Notes: generated by a model from the letters alone, not told the origin. A stretch of 64,000 bases of DNA from an uncultured Bacteroides sp. (GCA_964579515.1 CAZOHA010000002.1:4027-68026), one strand, 5' to 3'. Shown: positions 1-9,467, counted from the first letter of the stretch. A program made the numbers and translations.

Positions 1-1
1 C

Positions 2-256
2 TGTTACCGGGCCGGACGGACAGGGGAACATTTCATGGAGTTTTCAGTCCCCGGTTTCATCAAAAGGTACTGCACGCCCAACGCCATGCTCACACTGGCC
101 GAATACCTGGAGGACTATGCCCTGAATGGTACCCGGGAGAAGGGTTACGACCTGATAAGAAGGAACCTGGAGGAGATGGAGGACAACGGATTCAAGGCCA
201 GGTTGAAAGATCGTCTCGAGCGGGTGAAACTGGGAGAGAGGGATCTCTATTTTTAG
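2..256 (+). CDS. hydG: [FeFe]-hydrogenase H-cluster radical-SAM maturase HydG, C-terminal fragment (5' part lies upstream of the window)
   Basis: The frame is open from base 2 to TAG 254-256. The translation CYRAGRTGEHFMEFSVPGFIKRYCTPNAMLTLAEYLEDYA has two Cys separated by 22 residues, as in the HydG C-terminal CX2CX22C motif, plus the PNA..T..EYL.DY tail. hydE and hydF lie 3 kb away. Confidence 0.8.
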   Translation, partial: CYRAGRTGEHFMEFSVPGFIKRYCTPNAMLTLAEYLEDYALNGTREKGYDLIRRNLEEMEDNGFKARLKDRLERVKLGERDLYF

Positions 257-348
257 ACACCGCTTAATCTCCGATACGTTCACCATATAGAGTGTATTTT
301 TTTATTTTTTTGGTGTACGTCATCCATCTTTTTGGCAGGATCATCTAT

Positions 349-356
349 TATCTTTG
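349..356 (+). promoter_or_regulatory. Candidate Bacteroidota-type -7 promoter box (TATCTTTG)
   Basis: Matches TAnnTTTG and ends 21 nt upstream of ATG 378. It is preceded by a T-rich tract at 293-312. No clear -33 TTTG is present. Confidence 0.3.
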
Positions 357-377
357 GAGGACGATATCACATCCCCC

Positions 378-2606
378 ATGCAAACTCCTTCCAAGAATTC
401 CTTCGGTACCGCCCCGGTATTTTTTACGGCCATAGCCACAATCCTGGGCGCCATACTTTTCCTGAGGTTCGGATTCGCAGTGGGCACCCTTGGATTCTGG
501 GGGGTCATCGGAGTGATCCTGCTGGGACACCTGGTGACTATTCCCACTGCCCTGGCCATTTCTGAGATCGCCACCAACAAAAGGGTGGAGGGAGGCGGGG
601 AGTATTTTATCATTTCCCGCTCCTTCGGCATGAACATCGGCGCTACCATCGGGTTTGCCCTTTTCATTTCCCAGGCGATCAGCGTGGCTTTCTATATCAT
701 CGCCTTCACCGAGGCATTCGAGTTCTTTTTCAGATGGGTCGGCGACCGATGGGCGATCCATCTCCCCCGGCAGGTGATCAGTATCCCGGCGATGATCGCT
801 CTTTCGGTCCTGATACTGAGGCAGGGGTCCGCCGTGGGAATGAAAACCCTTTACGTGGTGGTGGCCATCCTGGTGATCTCACTGGTTCTGTTTTTTCTGG
901 GGAATACCACCTACGGGGAAACGGAGCCTTTTTCCATACTCACTGCTGAACGGGGCGATATGGGAGAGTTCTTCACTGTCTTTGCCATCATTTTCCCTGC
1001 ATTCACCGGAATGACGGCCGGAGTTGGGCTTTCAGGGGATCTGAAAAAACCGGGCAGGTCGATCCCCCTGGGAACTGTTCTGGCCACCTTCACAGGGATG
1101 GTGGTCTATTTCTTCATTGTCTACAAGCTGGCATCATCGGCCAGTCTGGATACACTGGCCGATCCCGCCAATCAGCTGGTCATGGGCGATATCGCCATTG
1201 CCGGAGCAATCGTCATTCCCCTGGGCCTGGCCGCCTCCACGTTCTCCTCGGCCATCGGGTCCATCCTGGTGGCTCCCCGTACCCTTCAGGCCCTGGCCGG
1301 CGACCGCTCCTTCCCTTCGGCCTGGCTGAATGCATTTCTGAAAAAGGGGAGAGGTGACTCCAACGAGCCTTTCAATGCCACCCTGGTGACGGTGGTCATC
1401 GCGCTGGTCTTTGTCATCATCGGTGATGTGAACAAGGTTGCAGGCATCATCAGTATGTTTTTCATGGTGACCTACGGATCACTCTGCCTGATCTCCTTCC
1501 TGCACCACTTCGGATCGGCCCCTTCCTACCGGCCCTCCTTCCGCTCCAGATGGTACCTCTCTTTGCTGGGATTTCTGGCATCCATCTGGGTCATGTTCAA
1601 GATCAACGGTTTGTTTGCGGTTCTGGCCATCGTGATCATGGCGCTGCTTTACCTCTATGTGAACCGTGCCCACCGGAACCGGAAAGGGCTGGTATCCATA
1701 TTCACCAATGCATTGTTCCAGCTGAACCGCAGCCTGCAGGTGTACCTGCAGCAGACCCGGAAATCGGGGAGTTCTTCCGACTGGAGGCCCAGTGCTATCT
1801 GTATCTCCAGGGATTCCTTCAAGCGCCACGGTGCTTACCAGCTGCTGAACTGGATCAGCTACAAATATGGTTTCGGCACCTACATCCACCTGATCGAGGA
1901 TTACTATTCACGTGCCAGCAGGTCCAGGGCGGAGGAGGAGCTGGAGAAACTGATTCTCAGTTTCAAGGGCAAAAACAGCCAGGTATACCTGGATACCATG
2001 ATCTCGCCCTCCTACACCTCGGCAGTGGCTCAGGCCATCCAGCTGCCGGGGATTTCGGGGATGGAGAACAATATGGTCCTGTTCGAGTACGACCGGGAGC
2101 ATCCCGACAACCTGAAAGAGGTGGTGGAGAATTTCTCCCTGGTCAATGCGGGCCGGTTCGACGTCTGCATCTACGGCAGCTCGAAACGCACCCTGAACTT
2201 CCGGAATGGAATCCATGTCTGGATACGGAGCAGTGATTATGAGAACTCGCACCTGATGATCCTGCTGAGCTTCATTATCCAGGGGCATCCCAGCTGGAGC
2301 AAATCGGAGATCTCGGTCTTCGACATCTGTAAAAAAGGGGAGGAAGAGAAGGTTCAGGAGAGCCTCTCCGAGCTGGTCCGCACCGGCAGGCTCCCGATCA
2401 CCTCCAAGAATATCCAGGTGATGACCGAAACCCCCGACCTCCATTCAAGGTCGCTGATCAACCGGCACTCGGCCTTTGCCGGTCTGACCATCATCGGGTT
2501 CCACAGCGAGATGATGCGCCATGAGGGAACCCGGGTTTTCGACGGTTATGATGAGCTGGGGAATATCCTGTTTGTCAATTCCCACAGCCAGAAGGAGATC
2601 GGATAG
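378..2606 (+). CDS. Cation:chloride cotransporter-like (SLC12/APC superfamily) permease with large cytosolic C-terminal domain
   Basis: The N-terminal ~480 aa are polytopic and APC-like (FGTAPVFFTAIATILGAILFLRFG, GGGEYFIISRSFG). They are followed by a ~270 aa soluble domain, as in SLC12 proteins. The ORF-track start at 354 is TTG; the first ATG is 378. Confidence 0.8.
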   Translation: MQTPSKNSFGTAPVFFTAIATILGAILFLRFGFAVGTLGFWGVIGVILLGHLVTIPTALAISEIATNKRVEGGGEYFIISRSFGMNIGATIGFALFISQAISVAFYIIAFTEAFEFFFRWVGDRWAIHLPRQVISIPAMIALSVLILRQGSAVGMKTLYVVVAILVISLVLFFLGNTTYGETEPFSILTAERGDMGEFFTVFAIIFPAFTGMTAGVGLSGDLKKPGRSIPLGTVLATFTGMVVYFFIVYKLASSASLDTLADPANQLVMGDIAIAGAIVIPLGLAASTFSSAIGSILVAPRTLQALAGDRSFPSAWLNAFLKKGRGDSNEPFNATLVTVVIALVFVIIGDVNKVAGIISMFFMVTYGSLCLISFLHHFGSAPSYRPSFRSRWYLSLLGFLASIWVMFKINGLFAVLAIVIMALLYLYVNRAHRNRKGLVSIFTNALFQLNRSLQVYLQQTRKSGSSSDWRPSAICISRDSFKRHGAYQLLNWISYKYGFGTYIHLIEDYYSRASRSRAEEELEKLILSFKGKNSQVYLDTMISPSYTSAVAQAIQLPGISGMENNMVLFEYDREHPDNLKEVVENFSLVNAGRFDVCIYGSSKRTLNFRNGIHVWIRSSDYENSHLMILLSFIIQGHPSWSKSEISVFDICKKGEEEKVQESLSELVRTGRLPITSKNIQVMTETPDLHSRSLINRHSAFAGLTIIGFHSEMMRHEGTRVFDGYDELGNILFVNSHSQKEIG

Positions 2607-2608
2607 CC

Positions 2609-3259
2609 CTATGGTCCGTCTAAAAGATTTTCCGGAAATGTGCCCGGCCTGGCATAGGGGAAAGCGGCCAGCCTGTGAACGCCATGGTACTGGTTGAGCC
2701 CGGAAATACTGACCGTCTCCATCCGGTTCAGGTCGAGCTGGCCGTCGGGGCCCACCGATTCTCCGGGAAGGTAAATCGATTCGATGGAGCCTACCACCAG
2801 CAACGTGTTGCTCTCTTCGATCTCATAGGTGCGCAGATAGCGGACCGCCATTTTCAGCCGGCTCTCCTCAACGAAGGGTGCCTGGAAGCCTCCCAGGTAC
2901 TCTTCGGTCAGACCGGCCATCTGGAACTCCGATTCCTCCGGTGCAAATTTTGCGGAGGTATAATGGGCCCTGTCGATGAACTCCCGGTGCACATGGTTGA
3001 TGGTGAAGTACCCGGTTGCGGTCAGGTTGGCGTAGGTATCCCGGGGGACGGTGGTGGGGCGTTGCATGAAGCCGATGGTGGCGGGGGAGGAGCTGAGGTG
3101 CAGCACCGAACTGACGATGGCCAGGTTGGGGGCCCCATGGGCGGAACGGGTACCGATCAGGTTGGCGGGTTTGTATCCCGGAAGGCTGTTGACCAGATTG
3201 AGCCGGTGGACCCGTTCCATTCCTTCCAGCTCTTTTTTGGTGATGTGGCGCAGGTTCAT
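2609..3259 (-). CDS. Flavin reductase-like (FMN-binding split-barrel) protein
   Basis: 216 aa. LIGTRSAHGAPNLAIVSSVLHLSSSPATIGF resembles the flavin-reductase-like domain core. Convergent with the transporter, with a 2-nt gap. Confidence 0.6.
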   Translation of the reverse strand: MNLRHITKKELEGMERVHRLNLVNSLPGYKPANLIGTRSAHGAPNLAIVSSVLHLSSSPATIGFMQRPTTVPRDTYANLTATGYFTINHVHREFIDRAHYTSAKFAPEESEFQMAGLTEEYLGGFQAPFVEESRLKMAVRYLRTYEIEESNTLLVVGSIESIYLPGESVGPDGQLDLNRMETVSISGLNQYHGVHRLAAFPYARPGTFPENLLDGP

Positions 3260-3351
3260 CAGAAATCGGTATTTTAATAATGATACGAATTATAAGGCAA
3301 TTGTAAGCCATTTTCCGGAGGAACCGCGACCCCCTCTCCAAGCTCAGTGAA

Positions 3352-4446
3352 TCAGGATGCATTGCTCATCCGCCGGCGGAAATGCAGAGAATCCCCCCAC
3401 TCTCCGTACCCGATTTCGCTGTCGGTCAGCTGAACCCGCACATCCAGGCAGTTCAGACACTCCTCGGGCTCTTCGTCCACACAGGGCTTGTTTTCGTAGA
3501 GGGCATAATCGTTCCGGAACTTTCCGGGGGTGATATTGGGCATGATGATGTTGGCACCCGCCCTGACCGCTTTTTCACGCCCCAGCGGATCGATGGCCTG
3601 CAGTGCGGTGGCAGCAGCAATGTTAATATCCCTCATCAGGATCCTCAGGGCGGCGATCATTTTCAGGGCCATGGAGAATCGTTCGGTGATGGGCCATAGC
3701 CTGTCGCGGTACTGGAACAGAGGGGTATCGGCATGTTCGATGTAGGGGCCCATCCCCACCATATCCACATCAAACCCGTGCATGAAAAGCAGGTCATCGG
3801 CCAGGTGACCGGCATCCTGGAAGGGGAGCCCGATCATCACGCCCGTCCCTGTCTGATATCCGATGGAACGTAAGCTCTCCAGGCAGCGGAGGCGCCTTTC
3901 GTAGTTGTGGAGGGCGTTGGCCGGGTGGTAGAGCCGGTAGAGTTCCTCACTGGAAGTTTCGATTCTCAGCAGGTAGCGGTGCGCACCGGCCTCGAACCAC
4001 CTCCGGTAGGTCTCCATTTCCTGTTCGCCCAGCGAAAGGGTGATCCCCAGTTCCCCGTTGGAAAGCTTCTTGATCTCCCTCAGAAGCCGTTCCACCCGTT
4101 CAGTAAATCCCGGCGATTCCAGCTCCCCCGACTGCATGACGAATGAACCGTATCTCTTTTCATGGGCGAATCTGGCCGCCTCCAGGATCTGCTCATCGGT
4201 CAGATTGTAGCGACGCGCATTTCTGTTGGATTTCCTGATCCCGCAGTAGTAGCAATCCTTCCCGCAGATATTGGAGAATTCGACCAGTCCCCTGAAATGG
4301 ACCTTGTTGCCCACCTCTTTCCGTTTTACCTCCAGGGCTTTCCGGAAAAGGCGCTCTTTATCCTCCCCCTGTGCCTGGAGGAGGGTGATCAGATCATCCC
4401 GGCTGAGAGGAGCATTATTTTCAAGTATATCTTCGATCCGGCTCAA
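3352..4446 (-). CDS. hydE: [FeFe]-hydrogenase H-cluster radical-SAM maturase HydE
   Basis: 364 aa. Has the CX3CX2C radical-SAM motif (CGKDCYYC) in a biotin-synthase-like context (GLVEFSNIC...RYGSFVMQSGE...LRIETS). Lies directly downstream of hydF. Confidence 0.88.
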   Translation of the reverse strand: MSRIEDILENNAPLSRDDLITLLQAQGEDKERLFRKALEVKRKEVGNKVHFRGLVEFSNICGKDCYYCGIRKSNRNARRYNLTDEQILEAARFAHEKRYGSFVMQSGELESPGFTERVERLLREIKKLSNGELGITLSLGEQEMETYRRWFEAGAHRYLLRIETSSEELYRLYHPANALHNYERRLRCLESLRSIGYQTGTGVMIGLPFQDAGHLADDLLFMHGFDVDMVGMGPYIEHADTPLFQYRDRLWPITERFSMALKMIAALRILMRDINIAAATALQAIDPLGREKAVRAGANIIMPNITPGKFRNDYALYENKPCVDEEPEECLNCLDVRVQLTDSEIGYGEWGDSLHFRRRMSNAS

Positions 4447-4469
4447 TGTTCAATGATCTTTTTTCGGGA

Positions 4470-5696
4470 TTATAGATAGGTGGAGGCTCCCTCGTCCATT
4501 TTCACGAAGGGAGCGACGGCCCGGTCGTAGATTCCGTGCATGTAGGCAATGGCCATTCCGTAGTTGGTAACGGGAATTCCGTTATCTATGGCGGGTTTCA
4601 GTCTGTTTATCAATTGTTTGCGGGTGATCATGCAGCCGCCGCACTGGATCACCATGCTGTAATCGGTGATCTCTCCGGGGATCCGGTCGAGACCCGCCAC
4701 CACCTGGAATTCCAGATCCTTACCGGTGAACTGGGAGAGCCAGCGGGGGATCTTCACCCTGCCGATATCATCGCACGAGACATGGTGGGTGCACGATTCC
4801 AGAATCAGGATCCGGTCGCCGTTTTTCAGCTCCGAGAGATGCGGAGTTCCCTGCAGATAGCTTTCGAAGTCCCCTTTGTACCTGGCCAGCACCGTACTGA
4901 AGCTGGTCAGCGGAATATCGTCGGGTATGGAGGCGTCGGCCTTCTTAAACACCTGACTGTCGGTAATGGCCAGTGCGGGCCGGGGCTGCAGCCGCTTCAA
5001 CAGGGTATCGATCTCCCTTTCCTTGACCACCACTGCAATCGCATCATTGTCCAGGATATCACGGATGGCCTGCACCTGGGGAAGGATCAGCCTGCCCTCG
5101 GGGGCCTCTTCATCGATGGGAGTGATCAGCAGCACCAGGTCGCCCTGGGAGATGATATCCCCCACCAGGGATTTGGAGAGGTAAGCCGAATCGGGGATGG
5201 CACCCCTTATCAGCAGGATAAGCTCTTCCAGCCTCTCCGGGTGGAGAGCGGAAAATTCGAATATCTCTCTCCCTGCACTTCTCCTGATCGACTCGGCGGT
5301 TCCGGTCCGCAGCGGTTCCAGGTCCGACTTGTTGTGGACCAGCAGACAGGGGACCTCCCACTTTTCAAGCTGACCGATGATCTGTTCTTCCTCCTGATCG
5401 AAACGGTTGTGGGCCAGGACAACGATTCCCAGGTCGATGGTCCGGACGACCTCCCTGGTCCTGGCCACCCGCTTTTTGCCCAATTCACCGGTATCGTCGG
5501 TGCCGGCCGTATCGATCATGACGGCCGGACCGATCCCGGTGATCTCGATCGATTTCTTCACCGGGTCGGTGGTGGTTCCGGGCGTAGCGGAAACGATGGC
5601 CACCTCCTGGCCGGCCAGGGCATTGATCAGGGTGGATTTCCCGTTGTTCCGTCTGCCGAAGATCCCGATATGTGGTTTCGCGTCTCTCCCCCTCAT
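4470..5696 (-). CDS. hydF: [FeFe]-hydrogenase H-cluster maturation GTPase HydF
   Basis: 408 aa. GTPase motifs G1 GRRNNGKST, G3 DTAG and G4 NKSD are present. The C-terminal cluster region is CTH-x46-QCGGC. The ATG at 5694-5696 abuts the stop codon of the upstream gene. Confidence 0.9.
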   Translation of the reverse strand: MRGRDAKPHIGIFGRRNNGKSTLINALAGQEVAIVSATPGTTTDPVKKSIEITGIGPAVMIDTAGTDDTGELGKKRVARTREVVRTIDLGIVVLAHNRFDQEEEQIIGQLEKWEVPCLLVHNKSDLEPLRTGTAESIRRSAGREIFEFSALHPERLEELILLIRGAIPDSAYLSKSLVGDIISQGDLVLLITPIDEEAPEGRLILPQVQAIRDILDNDAIAVVVKEREIDTLLKRLQPRPALAITDSQVFKKADASIPDDIPLTSFSTVLARYKGDFESYLQGTPHLSELKNGDRILILESCTHHVSCDDIGRVKIPRWLSQFTGKDLEFQVVAGLDRIPGEITDYSMVIQCGGCMITRKQLINRLKPAIDNGIPVTNYGMAIAYMHGIYDRAVAPFVKMDEGASTYL

Positions 5697-7139
5697 CTAC
5701 AACTCCTTTATCTCCCTCATGGTAAACCCTTTCTTCAACAGCTGGTCCGGTTCCATCAGCCGCTCCATCCGTTCCGGATCAATGATCTCCAGGCTCCGGT
5801 TGGCGGTGAAAATATCCTCTTCCTCGTTTTTCATCCTCTCTGCCAGTTCTGACGCGCGGTGATAGCCTACCAGGGGCGAGAGGGAGGTGGTCACCGCAGG
5901 ACTCATGAAGAGCCTTTTCCTGGCCAGTATTGTGTTAACTTTCAATCCCTTCCACATGCCCTCCCTCATGGCCTGGTTCATACTGATCATCAGCTTGAGA
6001 GTTTCGATCACGGCTATTCCGATTTCCGGGAGGTAGGCATTCAGATCCAGACAGCCCTGTGCCGCCAGGGAGCTGATCTTCTGGTCATTGGCGTAGATCC
6101 GGTGGGCCGAGGTGATGATAAATTCGGCCGAAACCGGGTTGATCTTCCCCGGCATGATGGAACTGCCCACCTGCCTTGCGGGCAGCGTGATCTCCCCACT
6201 GCCTGCTGAAGAGGCCAGCAACCTCAGGTCGGAGGCGATCTTCTCCAGATTAACGGCATGTGTTTTGAGGATGGCGTGGACCTCTACCCAACGGTCGAGA
6301 TTGGCGGTGGCATCGGCCAGATTCTCTCCCTGGGTGACGGGCAGTGAAGTCAGTTTTTTCAGTACCGGCACCACCTCCATAATGTAAAACCGGGGCAGGG
6401 AGATCCCGGTGCCGATGGCTCCTCCGCCCAGGTTGACCACTTTGATCCTCTCAAAGGCTTTGGAAACCCTCCACCAGTCGCGTGAGAGAGCCTCACTGTA
6501 GGTGCTGAAAAGTTGTCCGAATGTGGAGGGGACCGCCTCCTGCATCTGCGTATACCCCAGCCTCAGCGATTGACGGTGACTGCTTTCCAGCTGCTCGCAA
6601 CGTGCCCGGTGCCCGTTGATCTCATCCTCCAGCTGATTCAGCAGCAGCATGGCGGCCACGGTCAGGGCAGTGGGGATCACATCATTGGTCGACTGAAACA
6701 GGTTGGCCGTCTCGATGGGATCGATCACTTCGTATTCGCCCGGCTTCCGGTCCAGAGACCTCAGTGCGGCATTGGCTATGATCTCATTGACATTGAGGTT
6801 AATGCTGGTGCCTGCACCTCCCTGGGTGGCCGGTACGATGAACTGGTCGTAATGTGAACCGGAGGAAACCTCCGTGGCGGCTGCCTCCAGCGCCCCCAGC
6901 ACCTTTTCATCAGGGATCCTCAGATGTCCGGTCAGCTCGGGATACTCTTTCTGGATGGCCCTCCCCAGTTTCCGGATGGTCCGGTAGCATGCCAGCTTGA
7001 CCAGGCCGGTGGCCCTGTACCATTCCACCGGGAAGGGAGAGGGGTGGGGGAAATTCTCCCGGGCACGGAATGAGTGGATCCCGTACAAGGCGTCGGATGG
7101 TACGGATACCTCGCCCAGAAAGTCACGTTCGGTTCTCAT
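5697..7139 (-). CDS. aspA: Aspartate ammonia-lyase-like protein (aspartase/fumarase superfamily)
   Basis: 480 aa. Carries the superfamily signature GSSIMPGKINP. The N-terminus ERDFLGEVSVPSDALYGIHSFRARENF is closer to aspartase (YGVHTLRAIENF) than to FumC. There is zero intergenic distance to hydF. Confidence 0.8.
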   Translation of the reverse strand: MRTERDFLGEVSVPSDALYGIHSFRARENFPHPSPFPVEWYRATGLVKLACYRTIRKLGRAIQKEYPELTGHLRIPDEKVLGALEAAATEVSSGSHYDQFIVPATQGGAGTSINLNVNEIIANAALRSLDRKPGEYEVIDPIETANLFQSTNDVIPTALTVAAMLLLNQLEDEINGHRARCEQLESSHRQSLRLGYTQMQEAVPSTFGQLFSTYSEALSRDWWRVSKAFERIKVVNLGGGAIGTGISLPRFYIMEVVPVLKKLTSLPVTQGENLADATANLDRWVEVHAILKTHAVNLEKIASDLRLLASSAGSGEITLPARQVGSSIMPGKINPVSAEFIITSAHRIYANDQKISSLAAQGCLDLNAYLPEIGIAVIETLKLMISMNQAMREGMWKGLKVNTILARKRLFMSPAVTTSLSPLVGYHRASELAERMKNEEEDIFTANRSLEIIDPERMERLMEPDQLLKKGFTMREIKEL

Positions 7140-7155
7140 GGTCCAGATATTCCCA

Positions 7156-7163
7156 CAAAAATA
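7156..7163 (-). promoter_or_regulatory. Candidate -7 promoter box (TATTTTTG on minus strand) for the aspA-like/hydF/hydE operon
   Basis: Plus-strand CAAAAATA is TAnnTTTG on the minus strand. The box ends 16 nt upstream of ATG 7139, within the 42-nt gap after the PiT gene stop. Confidence 0.35.
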
Positions 7164-7181
7164 GCGGAATAATGTGAGAAT

Positions 7182-9467
7182 TTACTCTTCCATGAGTTTA
7201 TCGAGCATATCGCTCATGTCTTCCGACTTGACCTTATAGAAAAGTTTGACCAGGCGGGAGCAGACAGCCACCATATTCTTGCTGGAAAGAAGAATGGTCA
7301 GAATCAACTCGCTGTTCTTTCCGCTGAGTTTCCGGGAGGTAGCCAGGGAGATCTGGCTCGAGATCCCTTTTTCAATATGATTGATCAGTACCTTGCGCGA
7401 TTTTTTAAAACTCTTGTAATCCTCTTCGCTGATGGCATCCAGACGCAGTTTTTCCAGGATCTGGTCCATAAACCTGGTGATCTCCTCCCGGATCGAAATG
7501 AGCAGATCCAACTGTTCCGGCAACAGGTCCGGGTGCATATTGGTGAGGTGCCTTTCACTGAAGCGGATGATATTTCCAAGGGCATAGAGCAGATCGTCCT
7601 CCAGGTCATACACCAGCATCAGCACCTTGCCACCCTCCTGGTACTCCTCGGGCACCCCTTTGATCTGCTGGGTGAGCTTCACTTTGTAAAGGTCGTTGGT
7701 GGACTCCACGTCGTCGAGCAGGCCGTTGATCTGTCTCAGGGTTCGCCTGTCTTCCGCCACCAGCGCATCCAGTACCCGGCCGTAAATTGTATCGATCCGC
7801 TCCAGTATGGTGGAGAGCTTCTCGCGGACTTCGCCCTCGATCTCGAAGAAATCGGTCTTGAACCACTTATCGGCCAGTTCCAGGTTCACCTCCTCTTTGT
7901 AGCGGTGATGCCGGTAAAAGATCTGGCTCCGGAAGATCAGGAAAATGGCCAGCAGGACCAGCACGGCCAGGGCGTACACCTTAAAACCGATCAGCAGGGA
8001 GGCAAAGATGATGGAGACCGTCAGGGCGACAATGGCCGTCAGGAACCATCCGCCGATCACCGTCAGCATCCCGGAAACCCGGTATACTGCACTTCCACGG
8101 TCCCATGCCCGGTCGGCCAGGGAGGAGCCCATCAATACCATAAAGGTAACAAAGGTGGTCGAGAGAGGAAGCTTGAAGGAGGTGGCCAGCAGGATGATCC
8201 CCGCGGCTACGATCAGATTCACCGACGCCCTTACCAGGTCGAAGGCCGGTCTGTCCATGGGATCATCCGATTCGGCCGGATGGGTGTTCACAAATCGGAG
8301 AGCGATCCACTCCCTGGCTCGCTGCGGCAGGATCGAACTCATCCCTGTGCTGAGCGACATGGCACCTTTTACTATCCCCCGTGAAATGGCGTTGGACTGG
8401 AACCGCTCGGCTCCTTCATCCTGACGGCCCAGGCTTACTGAGGTTTGCACCACTGATCGCGCTTTTTTGGAGAACCACAGAGTGACAGCCATGATGATCC
8501 CCGCTCCCAGCAGAAATATCTGTTTGGTCTGGACCGGCCTGGAGAGAGCCTCCATGGTATACTCACCGGCCGGGATCCCGGAGGATTTCCAGGCCATGAA
8601 TGAATCATAGCTGGCGATCGGCACCCCCACGAAATTGACCAGGTCGTTGCTGGCGAAGGCCATGGCCAGTGCAAAGGTCCCCAGCAGGGTGACAAATCGG
8701 TATACGCTGAACTGTTTATTCCTGCTGATCAGGATCTGAAAAAGAATAAAGGAGACCGAAAATCCGGCCAGGCTGATCCAGCCGGCCCTGGATTTGATGA
8801 TTGCCAGGTTTTCGGGTTCGATAAAGGGAATCCCCTGCAAACCCTTTACCACCATGAAATCGAGGATCAGGGCCACCGAAGCGGCACCGAAAACCGATCC
8901 GAAGCTCCTCATGGTCTTCCGGTAATCGAAGGAGACGATCACCCGGGTGATGTACTGAACGAACCACCCCAGCACAAAGGCCACCACTACCGAAAGGAAG
9001 ATCCCGGCTATGATCAGCAGGGCCCGGCTGCCGTTGATGTAATGTCCCCATTCACTGACTGAATGGCCGTTGTCCAGGGTGGCGAAGAAGGAGATGGCCA
9101 GAGCGGAACCGAGCAGTTCGAATACGATCGATACCGTGGTGGAAGTGGGCAGGGCAATAGTATTGTAAAAATCCAGCAGGATAATATCGGTGAGCATGAC
9201 CGCCGCGAAGAGGAACATGATCTGTTCAATGGTGAAGAACTGCGGATTGAATACCCCTCTTCGGGCCACCTCCATCATCCCGCTGGAAAAGACCGAGCCG
9301 AACAGGATGCCGACGGTGGCAATGATCAAGATCATACGGAGGCTGCCGGCCCGGGCGCCGATGGCGGAGTTGAGGAAATTGACAGCGTCATTGCTGACAC
9401 CCACCACCAGGTCGGTTGCAGCGGTGAGAAACATGATAATGACAATGGCGAGAAAAAGGGGCTCCAT
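7182..9467 (-). CDS. Inorganic phosphate transporter (PiT/PHO4 family) with ~240 aa helical C-terminal extension
   Basis: 761 aa. The N-terminus GVSNDAVNFLNSAIGARAG and the second repeat FASNDLVNFVGVPIA are the duplicated PiT signature. After the last TM segment comes a long charged helical tail with a PhoU-like look (EDRRTLRQINGLLDDVES...). Confidence 0.85.
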   Translation of the reverse strand: MEPLFLAIVIIMFLTAATDLVVGVSNDAVNFLNSAIGARAGSLRMILIIATVGILFGSVFSSGMMEVARRGVFNPQFFTIEQIMFLFAAVMLTDIILLDFYNTIALPTSTTVSIVFELLGSALAISFFATLDNGHSVSEWGHYINGSRALLIIAGIFLSVVVAFVLGWFVQYITRVIVSFDYRKTMRSFGSVFGAASVALILDFMVVKGLQGIPFIEPENLAIIKSRAGWISLAGFSVSFILFQILISRNKQFSVYRFVTLLGTFALAMAFASNDLVNFVGVPIASYDSFMAWKSSGIPAGEYTMEALSRPVQTKQIFLLGAGIIMAVTLWFSKKARSVVQTSVSLGRQDEGAERFQSNAISRGIVKGAMSLSTGMSSILPQRAREWIALRFVNTHPAESDDPMDRPAFDLVRASVNLIVAAGIILLATSFKLPLSTTFVTFMVLMGSSLADRAWDRGSAVYRVSGMLTVIGGWFLTAIVALTVSIIFASLLIGFKVYALAVLVLLAIFLIFRSQIFYRHHRYKEEVNLELADKWFKTDFFEIEGEVREKLSTILERIDTIYGRVLDALVAEDRRTLRQINGLLDDVESTNDLYKVKLTQQIKGVPEEYQEGGKVLMLVYDLEDDLLYALGNIIRFSERHLTNMHPDLLPEQLDLLISIREEITRFMDQILEKLRLDAISEEDYKSFKKSRKVLINHIEKGISSQISLATSRKLSGKNSELILTILLSSKNMVAVCSRLVKLFYKVKSEDMSDMLDKLMEE

